Positions 17,603 through 27,969 of a stretch of 32,000 nucleotides of DNA are shown piece after piece. Each line of letters begins with the position of its first letter. Position 1 is the stretch's first letter. The stretch is taken from the NCBI RefSeq assembly GCF_000619845.1, contig NZ_JHUX01000003.1, positions 970,064-1,002,063 of the forward strand, read 5' to 3'. The notes beneath the pieces were generated by a model. The model was not told the origin of the DNA, made no database searches, and saw only the letters and a program-made list of their open reading frames with translations. This DNA comes from Alkanindiges illinoisensis DSM 15370. GTDB taxonomy: Bacteria; Pseudomonadota; Gammaproteobacteria; Pseudomonadales; Moraxellaceae. The position numbers and the translations under genes were made by a program.

Positions 17603-19381
17603 ATGAATCAGAACATTAGCAATTTGCTTATTAATGATCAGCCAGAAATGACAGTTGCACAGTTAAGTCTTGTGCAAGCCAATAAAAATAGTGTGCGAGA
17701 CTGGCTTGCCAATCTTTCCATGCTTAACCTCGGTGATACAGCACGTCAGTTGTACACTACCCTTAAAGAATTGTCCCAGTTGCAAACTGATGAACAGACT
17801 CGCTTTGAGCTGACTGAACTGTTGCGCCCTTCTGTTCACACCATTATTTCTTCCCTAAGCAAGCATTACTTTAGCCAGAATTTTTCGCTTGACCAGCGTG
17901 CACAACGCATTGCCACGCTGGTTGAAGAAATTCGTGTATATCTAATCGTCATTTACGATACGATTTCAATGCACTGTTATCAGAAGCTACAATCACAAAA
18001 CTTTGGCTTATTTAATATCAAAAACAAGAAAAATCTGCTGGATCTAATTGGTCTGTCCAGTCATCGTGCACTGACCGAAATGACAGGTCTGCTCTATGAG
18101 CTGCAATCGCTTTACCTAACCATTCCCAAAGGTTTATGGAAAAAAACCCATACCCTGTATCAGCGGGCACTACAGTTACATCTCACCAAGATGGAAATTG
18201 AGGACAAAACCAATCCTATTATTGTGTTGTCCAATATCAAGCGTGCTTATAGTCGCATGATTATCATGGGAGCTAGTAATACCAATAAATTGCGTCAGTC
18301 AGAAATCAAGGCCATTTATCAGTCCAGTATCTTATGGGCAGACCTGATTTCACTGGATAACGCAGAAACACCGTATCATCTGTTTAGCATTGACCTCGAA
18401 CTGGATCAGCCCCCTGTTTATATTACAAAAAGAACTGGTTCGCCTGCGTCCATGCTTTTTGTCAATGCGCAAAAACTACTACAACACTTTAAAAATCTGA
18501 TGAATCAGTATCCGCAGTACTTGCACGCCAGCGAACAAAAACAGTTTAGTACTGCCCTAAAAGTGCATTTGGTAAATAATTTTTCAGCGCCTTCTGAGCG
18601 TATTCATACCCGCCATCCCTACTCTGGCAAGGTAGATATTGCTTTTGGTTTACTCGGGATTCATTACCATTTATCAAATGGTAAAACCTTTGAAGACATC
18701 ATTAATATTCATCGTGACTATCTACTTACCAGTGATACTGAGGTTAAAAGCCTGTTTGGCCAGGTTGAATATGATGTAGATATTGATTTTCCGGGACAAG
18801 GTAGCCAGAAAAAAACCGAGGCTGTCGCTGAAATGTCAGAGCTTTATAAATGCGAGATTGTCAATATCAGTCCAGGTGGCTATTGCCTGCGCTGGCAGGG
18901 TGAAAGCCCTACCACGTTGCGTACTGGTGAACTTGTGGTGATTTGTGAGCCCTCCGACAAGGTATGGCACATCGGCCTGATCCGCTGGGTAAAACAAATT
19001 CCGATTAAAATCATTGAATTTGGCATCGAAATTATTTCATCTCGCGCCAAAATCTGTGGTATCCGTGCTTCACAGCGCAACGATAATATTGACAGTTTTA
19101 AGCGGGCAATCTTACTACCAGAAATTCAGAGTTTAAACCGTCCTGCCACCTTGATTACTCAAGCTTTTGCTTTCCATAGTAATCAGCGCGTGATTATCCG
19201 TTATGGCAATGAAGAAATTCGTGCCATTTTGAATAAAGAATATCTTATTACGCAAAGTTTCATTCAATTTGAATATACAATTGAGGAAGATGACTTAAAC
19301 TCGACGAAAATTGAGAACCAGTATACAATTGACAGCAATACACTGGTAAGTCCTGACGATGAAGTCTGGAAAATATTGTAA
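17603..19381 (+). CDS. Large protein with unrecognised N-terminal domain and atypical (split) PilZ-like C-terminal region
   Basis: RxxxR (RIHTR, aa 333-337) and [DN]xSxxG (NISPGG, aa 421-426) are present but 84 residues apart. Beta-rich sequence follows (LRTGELVVIC, WHIGLIRWV, IEFGIEII). I recognise nothing in aa 1-330. Confidence 0.65.
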   Translation: MNQNISNLLINDQPEMTVAQLSLVQANKNSVRDWLANLSMLNLGDTARQLYTTLKELSQLQTDEQTRFELTELLRPSVHTIISSLSKHYFSQNFSLDQRAQRIATLVEEIRVYLIVIYDTISMHCYQKLQSQNFGLFNIKNKKNLLDLIGLSSHRALTEMTGLLYELQSLYLTIPKGLWKKTHTLYQRALQLHLTKMEIEDKTNPIIVLSNIKRAYSRMIIMGASNTNKLRQSEIKAIYQSSILWADLISLDNAETPYHLFSIDLELDQPPVYITKRTGSPASMLFVNAQKLLQHFKNLMNQYPQYLHASEQKQFSTALKVHLVNNFSAPSERIHTRHPYSGKVDIAFGLLGIHYHLSNGKTFEDIINIHRDYLLTSDTEVKSLFGQVEYDVDIDFPGQGSQKKTEAVAEMSELYKCEIVNISPGGYCLRWQGESPTTLRTGELVVICEPSDKVWHIGLIRWVKQIPIKIIEFGIEIISSRAKICGIRASQRNDNIDSFKRAILLPEIQSLNRPATLITQAFAFHSNQRVIIRYGNEEIRAILNKEYLITQSFIQFEYTIEEDDLNSTKIENQYTIDSNTLVSPDDEVWKIL

Positions 19382-19404
19382 TATTTTAAGGGATTTAAAT
19401 TTTT

Positions 19405-21504
19405 ATGAATAGTCGCTCTCAACACCTCCAACTTCTGGTTATTGATGATGAGCAGACGACTGCAAATAATCTTGCACAATTGCTGCAACAGCAACATACA
19501 ACAACCCAGTTTCAGCTACTGGATGATCAGGAAGAATTTGAGAAAGCCATTCGTACCCATTGGGACGTCATTTTATTTGGCCATGCTTATGATCTGGATT
19601 ATCAAAAAGTTCTCCAGTTATTAAAGGACAATAATCTGGAAATTCCAGTCATTGCTATTCCTGATGAAATGGCTGCCCCTGCTGATAATCAGGATACCTC
19701 GCCTGATCTGGTTGCCGGGTTTAAGCTGGGTCTAACCGATGTAATTCCCCGGCACCAGTTAACCCATCTGGCTTATGCAATACAGCGTGAGGCAAAATAC
19801 TCACGCAATGTCGCACGTAATCTTAAGCTTAGTAATCAGTTCAAAGAAGCAGAACGACGTGCCCAGCTACTGGTAAAAAACTCAAAAAGTGCTGTGGCCT
19901 ATATTCATGATGGCGTTCATATTTATACCAATGAAACCTATAACGAACTGTTTGGTTATCATTCCCTTGAAGATTTGGTAGGTATGCCGGTCATTGACCT
20001 GATTGAAGGCAAGGATATTAATTCTTTTAAAGAGTTTTTACGCGCGTATAGCCGTGGTGCAACCCAGCAATCTGAATTCAAGTTTAATGGGATCAAGGCT
20101 GATGGGACTGAATTTGAAGCACTGCTGCAGCTTGCACCTGCAAGCTATGACGGTGAAGACTGTATCCAGATCATTATTCAGCCTCAGCTACAGTCCAGTG
20201 CTGCGCTTGCTGCACAGCTTGCAGTAATTGAACGGGTTGATAATCTAACCAAACTCAATAATCGTCTTGCCTTTGAAGAAGACCTGACCAAAACACTGGC
20301 TCAATTACGCATTACGCCTGCTGAGCATGCCGTGCTATATATTAATATCGGTAATATTGGTCATATTCATGCCATTGCCGGTCTTTCAGGTAGCGACACT
20401 GCCATTCTGGATATTGCCAAACTTTTGAAAAAAGAACTGGCACCAAACGAGCTTTATCGTTTCCGTGAATCCAGTTTCACTGTTATTTTGAATGGCCAGA
20501 ATATTGAGGAAGCGAGAGCTACTGCCAAAAGTCTATGCCATCTCGTGTCTGAACATCTGATTATGGTGGATAAACGTACTGTTCAGGCAACCATTAGCAT
20601 TGGCGTTGTGCCCATTAACCAAAGCTCACCGGGTCAGGCTGAAGTACTGGATCGTGCATATCAGTCCTCGGAAAAAGTTAGACTACAAAATCAGGGCAGC
20701 GGTAATGGGATATATGTGTATAACCCTGCCGAAAATGCCAATAACTCTGACAGTGCCTTGCGTGAACTTCTGGAAAATGCGCTAAATCGTGGCCAGTTCC
20801 AGCTCATGTTCCAGCATATTTATGACACGACTGAACAGGATCAGGAGCTATTTGAAGTCTATGTCCGCCTGCCGCTGGGTGATGGCAAAGTCATGGGCCC
20901 TGATGAATTTCTGGCAGTTGCCCAGCAATATCATCTTGAAGGCCGTATTGACCGCTGGATACTGCTGAATGCCTCAAAACTGCTCAAAGCCTTTATGGTT
21001 CAGCACCCTAAAGCGCGCTTACTGATTAATCTGGGTGTAGAGTCCATTCAGGATCCAAGTCTGTCTGATGTCATTACCAAGTTGCTGGGGGCGCTTAACT
21101 CGCCTCATAAGCCGTTAATTCTGCAATTTAATGAAGCCAATGTATCGACCTATATGCAACTGGCTAAGACCCAGCTGGAAGCTTTAAGAAATGTAGGGGC
21201 GCAAGTCTCTGTCAATGACTTTGGTTCAACCTTAAACAGCAAAAACCTGCTGAATTATCTAAAGCTGGATCTGGTTAAGCTGGACAAAGCCTATATGACC
21301 AATCTGAACAATGATGATAACTACAATGCCACACAGGCACTGGTATCAGAAATTCAGGAATATGAAATTGATATTATTGGCGGTTATATTGAGGCCCCAC
21401 AGGAAGTTGCCAAGGCTTGGACACTGGGTGCCCGCTATCTGCAAGGTTATTACTTCCAGAAACCAATGGACAAACTGGTCTTAAATCAGGAAGAGCAAAT
21501 TTGA
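19405..21504 (+). CDS. FimX-like REC-PAS-GGDEF-EAL protein with degenerate catalytic motifs
   Basis: The REC-like N-terminus (LLVIDDE) has WDVILFG where the phospho-acceptor Asp is expected. PAS region (AVAYIHDGVHIYTNETYNELFGY). The GGDEF domain (DNLTKLNNR) has RESSF instead of GG[DE]EF. The EAL domain has FEVYVRL instead of EAL, NDFG instead of DDFG and GGYIE instead of EGVE, while KLDK and QGYYF are retained. Confidence 0.8.
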   Translation: MNSRSQHLQLLVIDDEQTTANNLAQLLQQQHTTTQFQLLDDQEEFEKAIRTHWDVILFGHAYDLDYQKVLQLLKDNNLEIPVIAIPDEMAAPADNQDTSPDLVAGFKLGLTDVIPRHQLTHLAYAIQREAKYSRNVARNLKLSNQFKEAERRAQLLVKNSKSAVAYIHDGVHIYTNETYNELFGYHSLEDLVGMPVIDLIEGKDINSFKEFLRAYSRGATQQSEFKFNGIKADGTEFEALLQLAPASYDGEDCIQIIIQPQLQSSAALAAQLAVIERVDNLTKLNNRLAFEEDLTKTLAQLRITPAEHAVLYINIGNIGHIHAIAGLSGSDTAILDIAKLLKKELAPNELYRFRESSFTVILNGQNIEEARATAKSLCHLVSEHLIMVDKRTVQATISIGVVPINQSSPGQAEVLDRAYQSSEKVRLQNQGSGNGIYVYNPAENANNSDSALRELLENALNRGQFQLMFQHIYDTTEQDQELFEVYVRLPLGDGKVMGPDEFLAVAQQYHLEGRIDRWILLNASKLLKAFMVQHPKARLLINLGVESIQDPSLSDVITKLLGALNSPHKPLILQFNEANVSTYMQLAKTQLEALRNVGAQVSVNDFGSTLNSKNLLNYLKLDLVKLDKAYMTNLNNDDNYNATQALVSEIQEYEIDIIGGYIEAPQEVAKAWTLGARYLQGYYFQKPMDKLVLNQEEQI

Positions 21505-21542
21505 TGGCTCTTGCCTGTTAAACACTGAAAAAGCAGGCAAAC

Positions 21543-21568
21543 AAAAAACGGGCAATTGCCCGTTTTTT
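21543..21568. terminator. Bidirectional rho-independent terminator between the FimX-like gene and rpmE
   Basis: aaaaaacgggcaattgcccgtttttt: GC-rich palindromic stem flanked by an A-run and a T-run, between convergent genes. Confidence 0.88.
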
Positions 21569-21594
21569 GATTTTTGACATACTGCTACAAACAA

Positions 21595-21816
21595 TTAACG
21601 CTTGATGCTGCGGCTCATGCCAAAACGCTGCTTGAACTTGTCAATACGGCCACCAGTATCTACTGATTTCTGTTTGCCTGTGTAAAACGGATGGCAAGCA
21701 GAACATACGTCAAGGTAAAGAGCATCTTTACCAATCGCAGAACGGGTTTCAATGACGTTGCCACAAGAACAGGTAGCAGTTAATTTTTCATATTTTGGGT
21801 GAATATCGGCACGCAT
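21595..21816 (-). CDS. rpmE: 50S ribosomal protein L31 (Cys-containing, zinc-ribbon type)
   Basis: [27 protein letters not shown] is canonical L31 with both CxxC-type pairs. Confidence 0.95.
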   Translation of the reverse strand: MRADIHPKYEKLTATCSCGNVIETRSAIGKDALYLDVCSACHPFYTGKQKSVDTGGRIDKFKQRFGMSRSIKR

Positions 21817-22073
21817 GGCGATCTCCTAAACAAGATTGGCTTATGCTGTCATCGCAATCTACCACTCCCAAAGTTTTTCTAACTTTCATTAAAAACCTTT
21901 GAGGAAGCATTTAAAACTCAAGATTCTAAAAGCAGGTAAACACCACAACAGACCAGTCTTTTGGCTCACCGAGATTCGTAATCAGGGCCAAGCTCAACAA
22001 GGTGGTCTATTCTAGCACAATATTGCAAAATTTTCACGTCTGGTGCTGATCAATTGACCACTACGACTACTGC

Positions 22074-23069
22074 TCAGTTATTGCGGTTTTTTTCCTGACG
22101 CCTTGCATAGCGCGCTGCCAGAATCCCACACACTACAAGTTGAATCTGATGGAATAAAATAAGCGGTAAAATCAACATGCCGATGGGATGACCAGCAAAT
22201 AGGATTTTAGCCATTGGCAAACCACTGGCCAATGTTTTCTTGGAACCACAAAATACAATGGTGATTTCATCTTCCTTATTAAATCCAAGTGCACGGCTGG
22301 CATATGTCAAACCAACCATTACTATTGCCAGAAGAATGCAGCAAATAATGACGAGTGCCAGAAGAATAGAACCAGAGACCTGCTGCCACAAACCTTCATT
22401 AATGGCCTCACTAAACGCGGCATACACCACCAGTAAAATTGAGCCTTGATCGACCACTTTAACCATTACCGGGTAACGCTGAATTATTGGAAAAATCTTG
22501 CTACGACACAATTGACCCAACACAAAAGGCACTAACAGCATCAATACGATGCTTAAAGCCGCTTGTGAAGAATCAACATCCTGCTGGTTGGCCTGCGCAT
22601 TAATTAAGAGCCCGACCAGTACAGGGGTTAGAAACATACCCAGAATATTGGATAGCGATGCGCTACACATCGCTGCAGCGACGTTGCCTCGCGCTACTGA
22701 GGTGAATGCAATGGATGACTGCACTGTAGATGGCAAGACACAAATATACAAAACGCCCAGATATAGGGTCGGGGTGAGAAATGGCTCAAAAACAGGTTCG
22801 AACATCATACCTAAGATAGGAAACAGTACAAAGGTTGCTGCAAAAATAAATAAATGCAGACGCCAGTGGGTAATGCCTTGCACAATTGCTTCACGGGACA
22901 GTTTGGCACCATGCAAAAAGAATAACAATGCAATTGCAATGTCAGTCCCATGGTTAAATGCAACTGCTGCCTGACCTTGCACTGGCCATAAGCTAGCCAG
23001 TATCACCATAACAAACAGCAAAATCGTAAAATTATCAAAAAACGTGCGCAGGGATTTGAAAATGTTCAT
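22074..23069 (-). CDS. Bile acid:sodium symporter (BASS/YfeH-like) family transporter
   Basis: Polytopic membrane protein of about 330 aa with a BASS-like sequence. ATG 23069 lies 5 nt after AGGAG. The alternative GTG 23075 overlaps the gloA stop. Confidence 0.8.
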   Translation of the reverse strand: MNIFKSLRTFFDNFTILLFVMVILASLWPVQGQAAVAFNHGTDIAIALLFFLHGAKLSREAIVQGITHWRLHLFIFAATFVLFPILGMMFEPVFEPFLTPTLYLGVLYICVLPSTVQSSIAFTSVARGNVAAAMCSASLSNILGMFLTPVLVGLLINAQANQQDVDSSQAALSIVLMLLVPFVLGQLCRSKIFPIIQRYPVMVKVVDQGSILLVVYAAFSEAINEGLWQQVSGSILLALVIICCILLAIVMVGLTYASRALGFNKEDEITIVFCGSKKTLASGLPMAKILFAGHPIGMLILPLILFHQIQLVVCGILAARYARRQEKNRNN

Positions 23070-23071
23070 GC

Positions 23072-23455
23072 TCACTCCTGCTGTATGAGTTCAACCTTAT
23101 ACCCATCAGGATCTTCTACAAAAGCAATCACCGTTTTGCCATGTTTCATTGGCCCTGCTTCACGCACCACTTTACCGCCTAAAGATTTTATTTTTTCACA
23201 AGCTGCGTACGCATCCGGTACACCCAATGCAATATGTCCATAGGCATTGCCTAGCTCATAAGCAGATGTATCCCAGTTATGGGTTAATTCCAGCACGGTA
23301 TTGGTATCTTCCGGTCCATAACCTATAAATGCCAGCGTAAAGCGGCCTTCAGGATAATCATTCTGGCGCAGGAGCTGCATGCCCAGCACTTCAGTATAAA
23401 ACTGCAATGATTTTTCCAGATTACCAACCCGTAACATGGTATGAAGCATACGCAT
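23072..23455 (-). CDS. gloA: Lactoylglutathione lyase (glyoxalase I)
   Basis: [53 protein letters not shown] is typical GloA. ATG 23455 is preceded by AGGAGA. The longer ORF start at 23530 would overlap ampG. Confidence 0.92.
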   Translation of the reverse strand: MRMLHTMLRVGNLEKSLQFYTEVLGMQLLRQNDYPEGRFTLAFIGYGPEDTNTVLELTHNWDTSAYELGNAYGHIALGVPDAYAACEKIKSLGGKVVREAGPMKHGKTVIAFVEDPDGYKVELIQQE

Positions 23456-23474
23456 TACAAATTCTCCTATTGCG

Positions 23475-25028
23475 TTAACTTTCAGTTGATGAACTTGAAT
23501 GTTGACCAAGCTGACGTTGCACCAGCACAATCAGCAACAAAACCGGCAAACCAATCAAGGCAGTAAACAAAAAGAAATTTGGATAGCCAGCGCTTTCTAC
23601 AATAGTTCCGGAATAACCACCAATCACCTTTGGGATCAAGGTCATTAGTGAACTAAAAATGGCATATTGTACGGCGGTAAATGACACGCTGGTTAAGCTG
23701 GATAAAAATGCAATAAATGCTGCACCAGCCAGACCAGACGCCAGATTATCGGCCACAATGGCAAAATACAGCCACGGCAGGCTATGTCCGGCATGAGAAA
23801 AGCCAATAAAAATCAGGTTGGTTGCACTGGATAAAATTGCGCCAAGCATTAATACTTTTAACACTGAAAACCGTTGTGACATCAAGCCGCCCAAAAAGCC
23901 GCCAGCCAGACTGAATACCACCCCGAACACTTTAACCGCAGTGGCAATTTCATCCTTGCTAAAGCCCATATCCTGATAAAACACATTGGAAATGACACCA
24001 GCCACAATATCTGAAATGCGATACAGGCCAATCAATAAAAGCAACAATGAGGCTGTTTTGACCCCATAGCGTCTAAAAAAGTCTTTTACGGGTGCAATCC
24101 AGGTTTCTATTGCCATTTGTGAATTGACCAATCCGGCTTTGACCAGTAAATAACCCGCCGTACCAGCAGCAGCAATGGCGCATAAAATTCTTAGTGTTTC
24201 ATGCAAAAATAATAAAAACGGATTAGCATCTTCGCTGATCACCCACAACTGGCCCACCTCGATAAAGGTCGCTACAAACGCTGAAACTGCAATTAAAAAC
24301 ACCAATACCAGCCGCATATAATCAGTACCCTGATAAGGCCGTGGCGGACGCTGGCGGGCCGGCTCACGAATTATCAAGGTCGTCAGCACTCCAACCAGCA
24401 TGACGGCAGCCATAATCAGATAAGTCGATTGCCAGGCACTATAAAGGTAATGGCCCTTTTCAGAACCAAAGCCGCTGGCCAGAAATAATGCACCGGCACC
24501 AGCAACAATCATGGCTATCCGGTAGCCTGCGTTATAGGTTGCGGCCAGTGCCGACTGCATTGTCGCGTCTGCCAGCTCAATCCGGTAGGCATCAATTACA
24601 ATATCCTGCGTTGCTGCTGAAAAACCCAGCAGTACTGCACCTATAGCCATTTGTACCAGACTGTTCTGCCCTTGCGACGGATCAGTCATGGCCATAATAG
24701 CAATGCCAGCCATAATCAATAGTTGTGCAATTAATAGCCATGCCCGGCGGCGACCCAATGTGCGAGTTAAAAAAGGTAGCGGTAACTCATCAATTAAAGG
24801 TGCCCAGACAAACTTGAATGAATATCCCAGCGCTGCCCAGCTAAAAAAAGTCACTGCTTTTTTTTCAATTCCTGCTTCACCTAGCCACAGCGACAAACTG
24901 GAAAAAATCAGTAAAATCGGTATGCCCGCTGAAAATCCCAAAAAAAACATAATTACTGCACGTCTGTCAGCAAATACAGAGAGCGCCTGTCCCCATCCTG
25001 ACAGTCCTGATATTTTGGATGATTTCAT
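23475..25028 (-). CDS. ampG: AmpG-family muropeptide MFS transporter
   Basis: MFS protein whose N-terminal sequence resembles AmpG ([38 protein letters not shown]). ATG 25028 is preferred over ORF start 25082. Confidence 0.82.
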   Translation of the reverse strand: MKSSKISGLSGWGQALSVFADRRAVIMFFLGFSAGIPILLIFSSLSLWLGEAGIEKKAVTFFSWAALGYSFKFVWAPLIDELPLPFLTRTLGRRRAWLLIAQLLIMAGIAIMAMTDPSQGQNSLVQMAIGAVLLGFSAATQDIVIDAYRIELADATMQSALAATYNAGYRIAMIVAGAGALFLASGFGSEKGHYLYSAWQSTYLIMAAVMLVGVLTTLIIREPARQRPPRPYQGTDYMRLVLVFLIAVSAFVATFIEVGQLWVISEDANPFLLFLHETLRILCAIAAAGTAGYLLVKAGLVNSQMAIETWIAPVKDFFRRYGVKTASLLLLLIGLYRISDIVAGVISNVFYQDMGFSKDEIATAVKVFGVVFSLAGGFLGGLMSQRFSVLKVLMLGAILSSATNLIFIGFSHAGHSLPWLYFAIVADNLASGLAGAAFIAFLSSLTSVSFTAVQYAIFSSLMTLIPKVIGGYSGTIVESAGYPNFFLFTALIGLPVLLLIVLVQRQLGQHSSSSTES

Positions 25029-25241
25029 GTTTTTATTAACCAGAAAAAGTCTTAAAACAGCCAGATTACCCTGATGCGCCACACAAAGCTATGGTCTAAA
25101 AACAACTGTTCAAATATTCTGCAAACCTGATATTCAGGCATTAAAAAAGCCCAAAAACTTGATGGATTAAACTAATGAAATTGGCATTTTTCCTGCTACA
25201 CTCATGGGATATTACAATTTTTTAGAGCAATGTTTTAAATA

Positions 25242-27968
25242 ATGACTTCCAGACAAAGTATTCAATTGAATGAGCAAAAGGCCACCTCCTTAGCAGAAGC
25301 TGCTGTAGCAAAGCCATCAAAACGTCGGGACAAGTCCATGAAAACTACCTCTATGCAAAGCGCCTCAATCATTGACCCTAGCAATACCCATGAAAAAACC
25401 CGGCTGCAACCCAATCAGCTAACACGCCTGCCGAATCTGGATAATATTCCTGCATCTACCCGTCGCATCAAGCCTTTAAATGATTTTTTAGGCCAGCAGC
25501 GGGCACGGGCTTCAGTTGAGGCTGCCTTATCCTTACCTTACGATGGCTATAATATTTTTGCTGTAGGCCCCAGTGGACTGGGCAAGCGCACCATGCTCAA
25601 GCGTTTGCTGCTTAAGCAGGCGGCGCAAATGCCAACACCAAGTGACTGGGTGTATGTCAATAATTTTGCCGACACCCGGCAGCCGATTGCGCTGGAATTA
25701 CCGGCTGGCCAGGGTCCAAAACTTAAAAAAGCCATGCATCAGCTTTGGCAAACCATGCTGAATACCCTAGAGCGCCGCTTTACCACCGATAGTTATCATG
25801 CACGCATTGAAACCATCCGCCAATCTACTGGCCAGCAACAGCAGGATGCCTTAATTGAGCTAACCCAGGAAGGTGAAGCACTGGATTTGCGCTTGATTTC
25901 ACGTAATGAAGAGCACCGTTTTGTCCCTGTGCATCATGTTGAGCCGCCATCAAATGCTGGACAGTCGAATGCCGAACAGCCGCAAAGCAACTTGCCGCCT
26001 GAATTAACCGAAGAAGAAATGGCTGCACTGGCACCGAGTGTACGCGCCCGTATTGCCCAGAATGTACGGCAAATGGACAAAAAACTGGAAAAACTGGGAT
26101 CACAATTGGGCCAAATGGAAGAACAGGCCCGTGCCAAGGTTTCTACTATTAACCGCGAGCTGGCCAGCAGTGTGGTTGAACCCAAGATTATGCAAATTGC
26201 CCAGCGCTTTGAGCATGTCGATGGTCTTGAGCAATATTTAAAAGTTTATGCTCAGGATATTATTACCCATGTTGAACATATTCTGGCGCAGGATGAAGAA
26301 GACTTTTTGCCCGGAATTTTTGACCGGGTGCCACCGCGCTATCAGGTCAATGTGGTGGTTACGCACAAGCCAAACAGTGGCGCGCCTGTTATTTTTGAAG
26401 ACCTGCCTACCCACTACAATTTGTTAGGCCATGTTGAACAGCTCACCCAGATGGGTACGATCACAACGGACTTTACCCTAATCCGCTCCGGGGTGCTGCA
26501 CCATGCCAATGGCGGTTTTTTGATTCTGGAAGCCGATCAATTACTGGAACAACCTTATGCATGGCAAGGTTTAAAACGTGCCTTGCGTTCAGGCCATATC
26601 AAGCTGTCTTCACTGGAGCACATGATCACCCTGACTGGCAGTATTTCCATTGAACCGGCAGCTATTCCACTACAGGTGAAAGTGGTACTGCTAGGCGAAC
26701 CCTATATTTATTATGAGCTGCTGGAATTTGAACCCGAACTTAATAGCCTGTTCAAGATCCGTGCAGATTTTACCGATACCCTGCCGCGCAATGATGAAAA
26801 CGAACAGGCTTATATGCGCCTGATTGCCGATTACGTGCAAAAAGAAAAACTACTGCCTTTTGACCGTAGTGCTCTGGCTGCCTTGCTGACTGATTCCAGC
26901 CGTCAGGCTGAAGACCAGACTTCCCTGTCCTTGCATGCCGCAACGCTGGGTGACCTGCTACGTGAAGCAGCGCATCTTGCGGCCAGTCAGGAAGCTACCA
27001 TGGTGAGTGCCCAGCATATTGCCGATACGCTGGAACAGCGCCGCTACCGCTTGGGCTACTTGCGTGAACTGTATTGGCAGGACTTGTCACGTGGTACACA
27101 ACTGATTGAAACCAGCGGCCTGCGCTATGGACAAATCAATGCGCTCACTGTCGTGCATTATGCCGATAGTGAATTTGGCCTGCCTGCCCGTCTCACTGCC
27201 TCAGTCTATCAGGGTGGTGGCGATATTCTGGATATTGAACGCAATGTTGAGCTGGGCGGTTCGCTGCATGCCAAAGGCATCCTCATCATGTCGAGCTTCC
27301 TGCGCTCGCACTTTGGCCGCTCACAGCCATTGCACTTTTCAGCAGCATTGGCCTTTGAGCAAAGCTATGGCGAAATTGATGGTGACAGTGCGACTTTGGC
27401 TGAGTTAAGTGCCCTGATTTCTGCCATTAGCCATATTCCCATTGATCAGTCGTGGTCTATTACCGGCTCCATGAACCAGTTGGGTCAGGTACAGCCTATT
27501 GGTGGTATTAATGCCAAGATTGAAGGTTTTTATGATGCCTGCAAACTGCAGGGTCTAACTGGCAAGCAGGGCGTTATTTTTCCGGTACAAAACATGCAAC
27601 ACCTGATGCTGCGTCAGGATGTGATTGAAGCGGTTGAACAGGGCAAGTTCCATTTACATGCAATCGACACCATTGAACAGGCGCTTGAGTTGTTAATGAA
27701 TCGCCCGGCAGGTCAAATTGACGCTAAAGGTAAATATACTAAAGGTAGTATTTATGCTGAGGTAATGCGCCAGCTTAAATCATGGCAAGTGCTGGAAAGT
27801 GGTGAGCCGGAAAAGGACAAAAAGCGTAAGAAAAAGAAATCCAAGTCCAAAAAAGCGGCCTTGCAGAAGCAACCCGTTGAAGACATTGCTGAGGATAGTT
27901 CAACTGCTCCAAATGAAGCTGCTGAAGTGAAAACCAGTTCTAGTCAGCCGGATGAGCAAGGTAGCTGA
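25242..27968 (+). CDS. Lon-like AAA+ protease (AAA ATPase domain plus Lon C-terminal Ser-Lys protease domain)
   Basis: Walker A GPSGLGKRT. Lon proteolytic motifs GDSATLAE (Ser) and GGINAKIEG (Lys). Polybasic, then acidic, C-terminal tail. The start is uncertain because ATG 25242 has no clear RBS. Confidence 0.85.
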   Translation: MTSRQSIQLNEQKATSLAEAAVAKPSKRRDKSMKTTSMQSASIIDPSNTHEKTRLQPNQLTRLPNLDNIPASTRRIKPLNDFLGQQRARASVEAALSLPYDGYNIFAVGPSGLGKRTMLKRLLLKQAAQMPTPSDWVYVNNFADTRQPIALELPAGQGPKLKKAMHQLWQTMLNTLERRFTTDSYHARIETIRQSTGQQQQDALIELTQEGEALDLRLISRNEEHRFVPVHHVEPPSNAGQSNAEQPQSNLPPELTEEEMAALAPSVRARIAQNVRQMDKKLEKLGSQLGQMEEQARAKVSTINRELASSVVEPKIMQIAQRFEHVDGLEQYLKVYAQDIITHVEHILAQDEEDFLPGIFDRVPPRYQVNVVVTHKPNSGAPVIFEDLPTHYNLLGHVEQLTQMGTITTDFTLIRSGVLHHANGGFLILEADQLLEQPYAWQGLKRALRSGHIKLSSLEHMITLTGSISIEPAAIPLQVKVVLLGEPYIYYELLEFEPELNSLFKIRADFTDTLPRNDENEQAYMRLIADYVQKEKLLPFDRSALAALLTDSSRQAEDQTSLSLHAATLGDLLREAAHLAASQEATMVSAQHIADTLEQRRYRLGYLRELYWQDLSRGTQLIETSGLRYGQINALTVVHYADSEFGLPARLTASVYQGGGDILDIERNVELGGSLHAKGILIMSSFLRSHFGRSQPLHFSAALAFEQSYGEIDGDSATLAELSALISAISHIPIDQSWSITGSMNQLGQVQPIGGINAKIEGFYDACKLQGLTGKQGVIFPVQNMQHLMLRQDVIEAVEQGKFHLHAIDTIEQALELLMNRPAGQIDAKGKYTKGSIYAEVMRQLKSWQVLESGEPEKDKKRKKKKSKSKKAALQKQPVEDIAEDSSTAPNEAAEVKTSSSQPDEQGS

Positions 27969-27969
27969 G

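Noticed and set aside
23456-23530. N-terminal extension of gloA (ORF start 23530), giving a 152-aa protein that overlaps the ampG 3' end.
   Set aside because: Conserved GloA sequence begins at [14 protein letters not shown] 23455 has an AGGAGA Shine-Dalgarno sequence, and the extension has no homology-like features.
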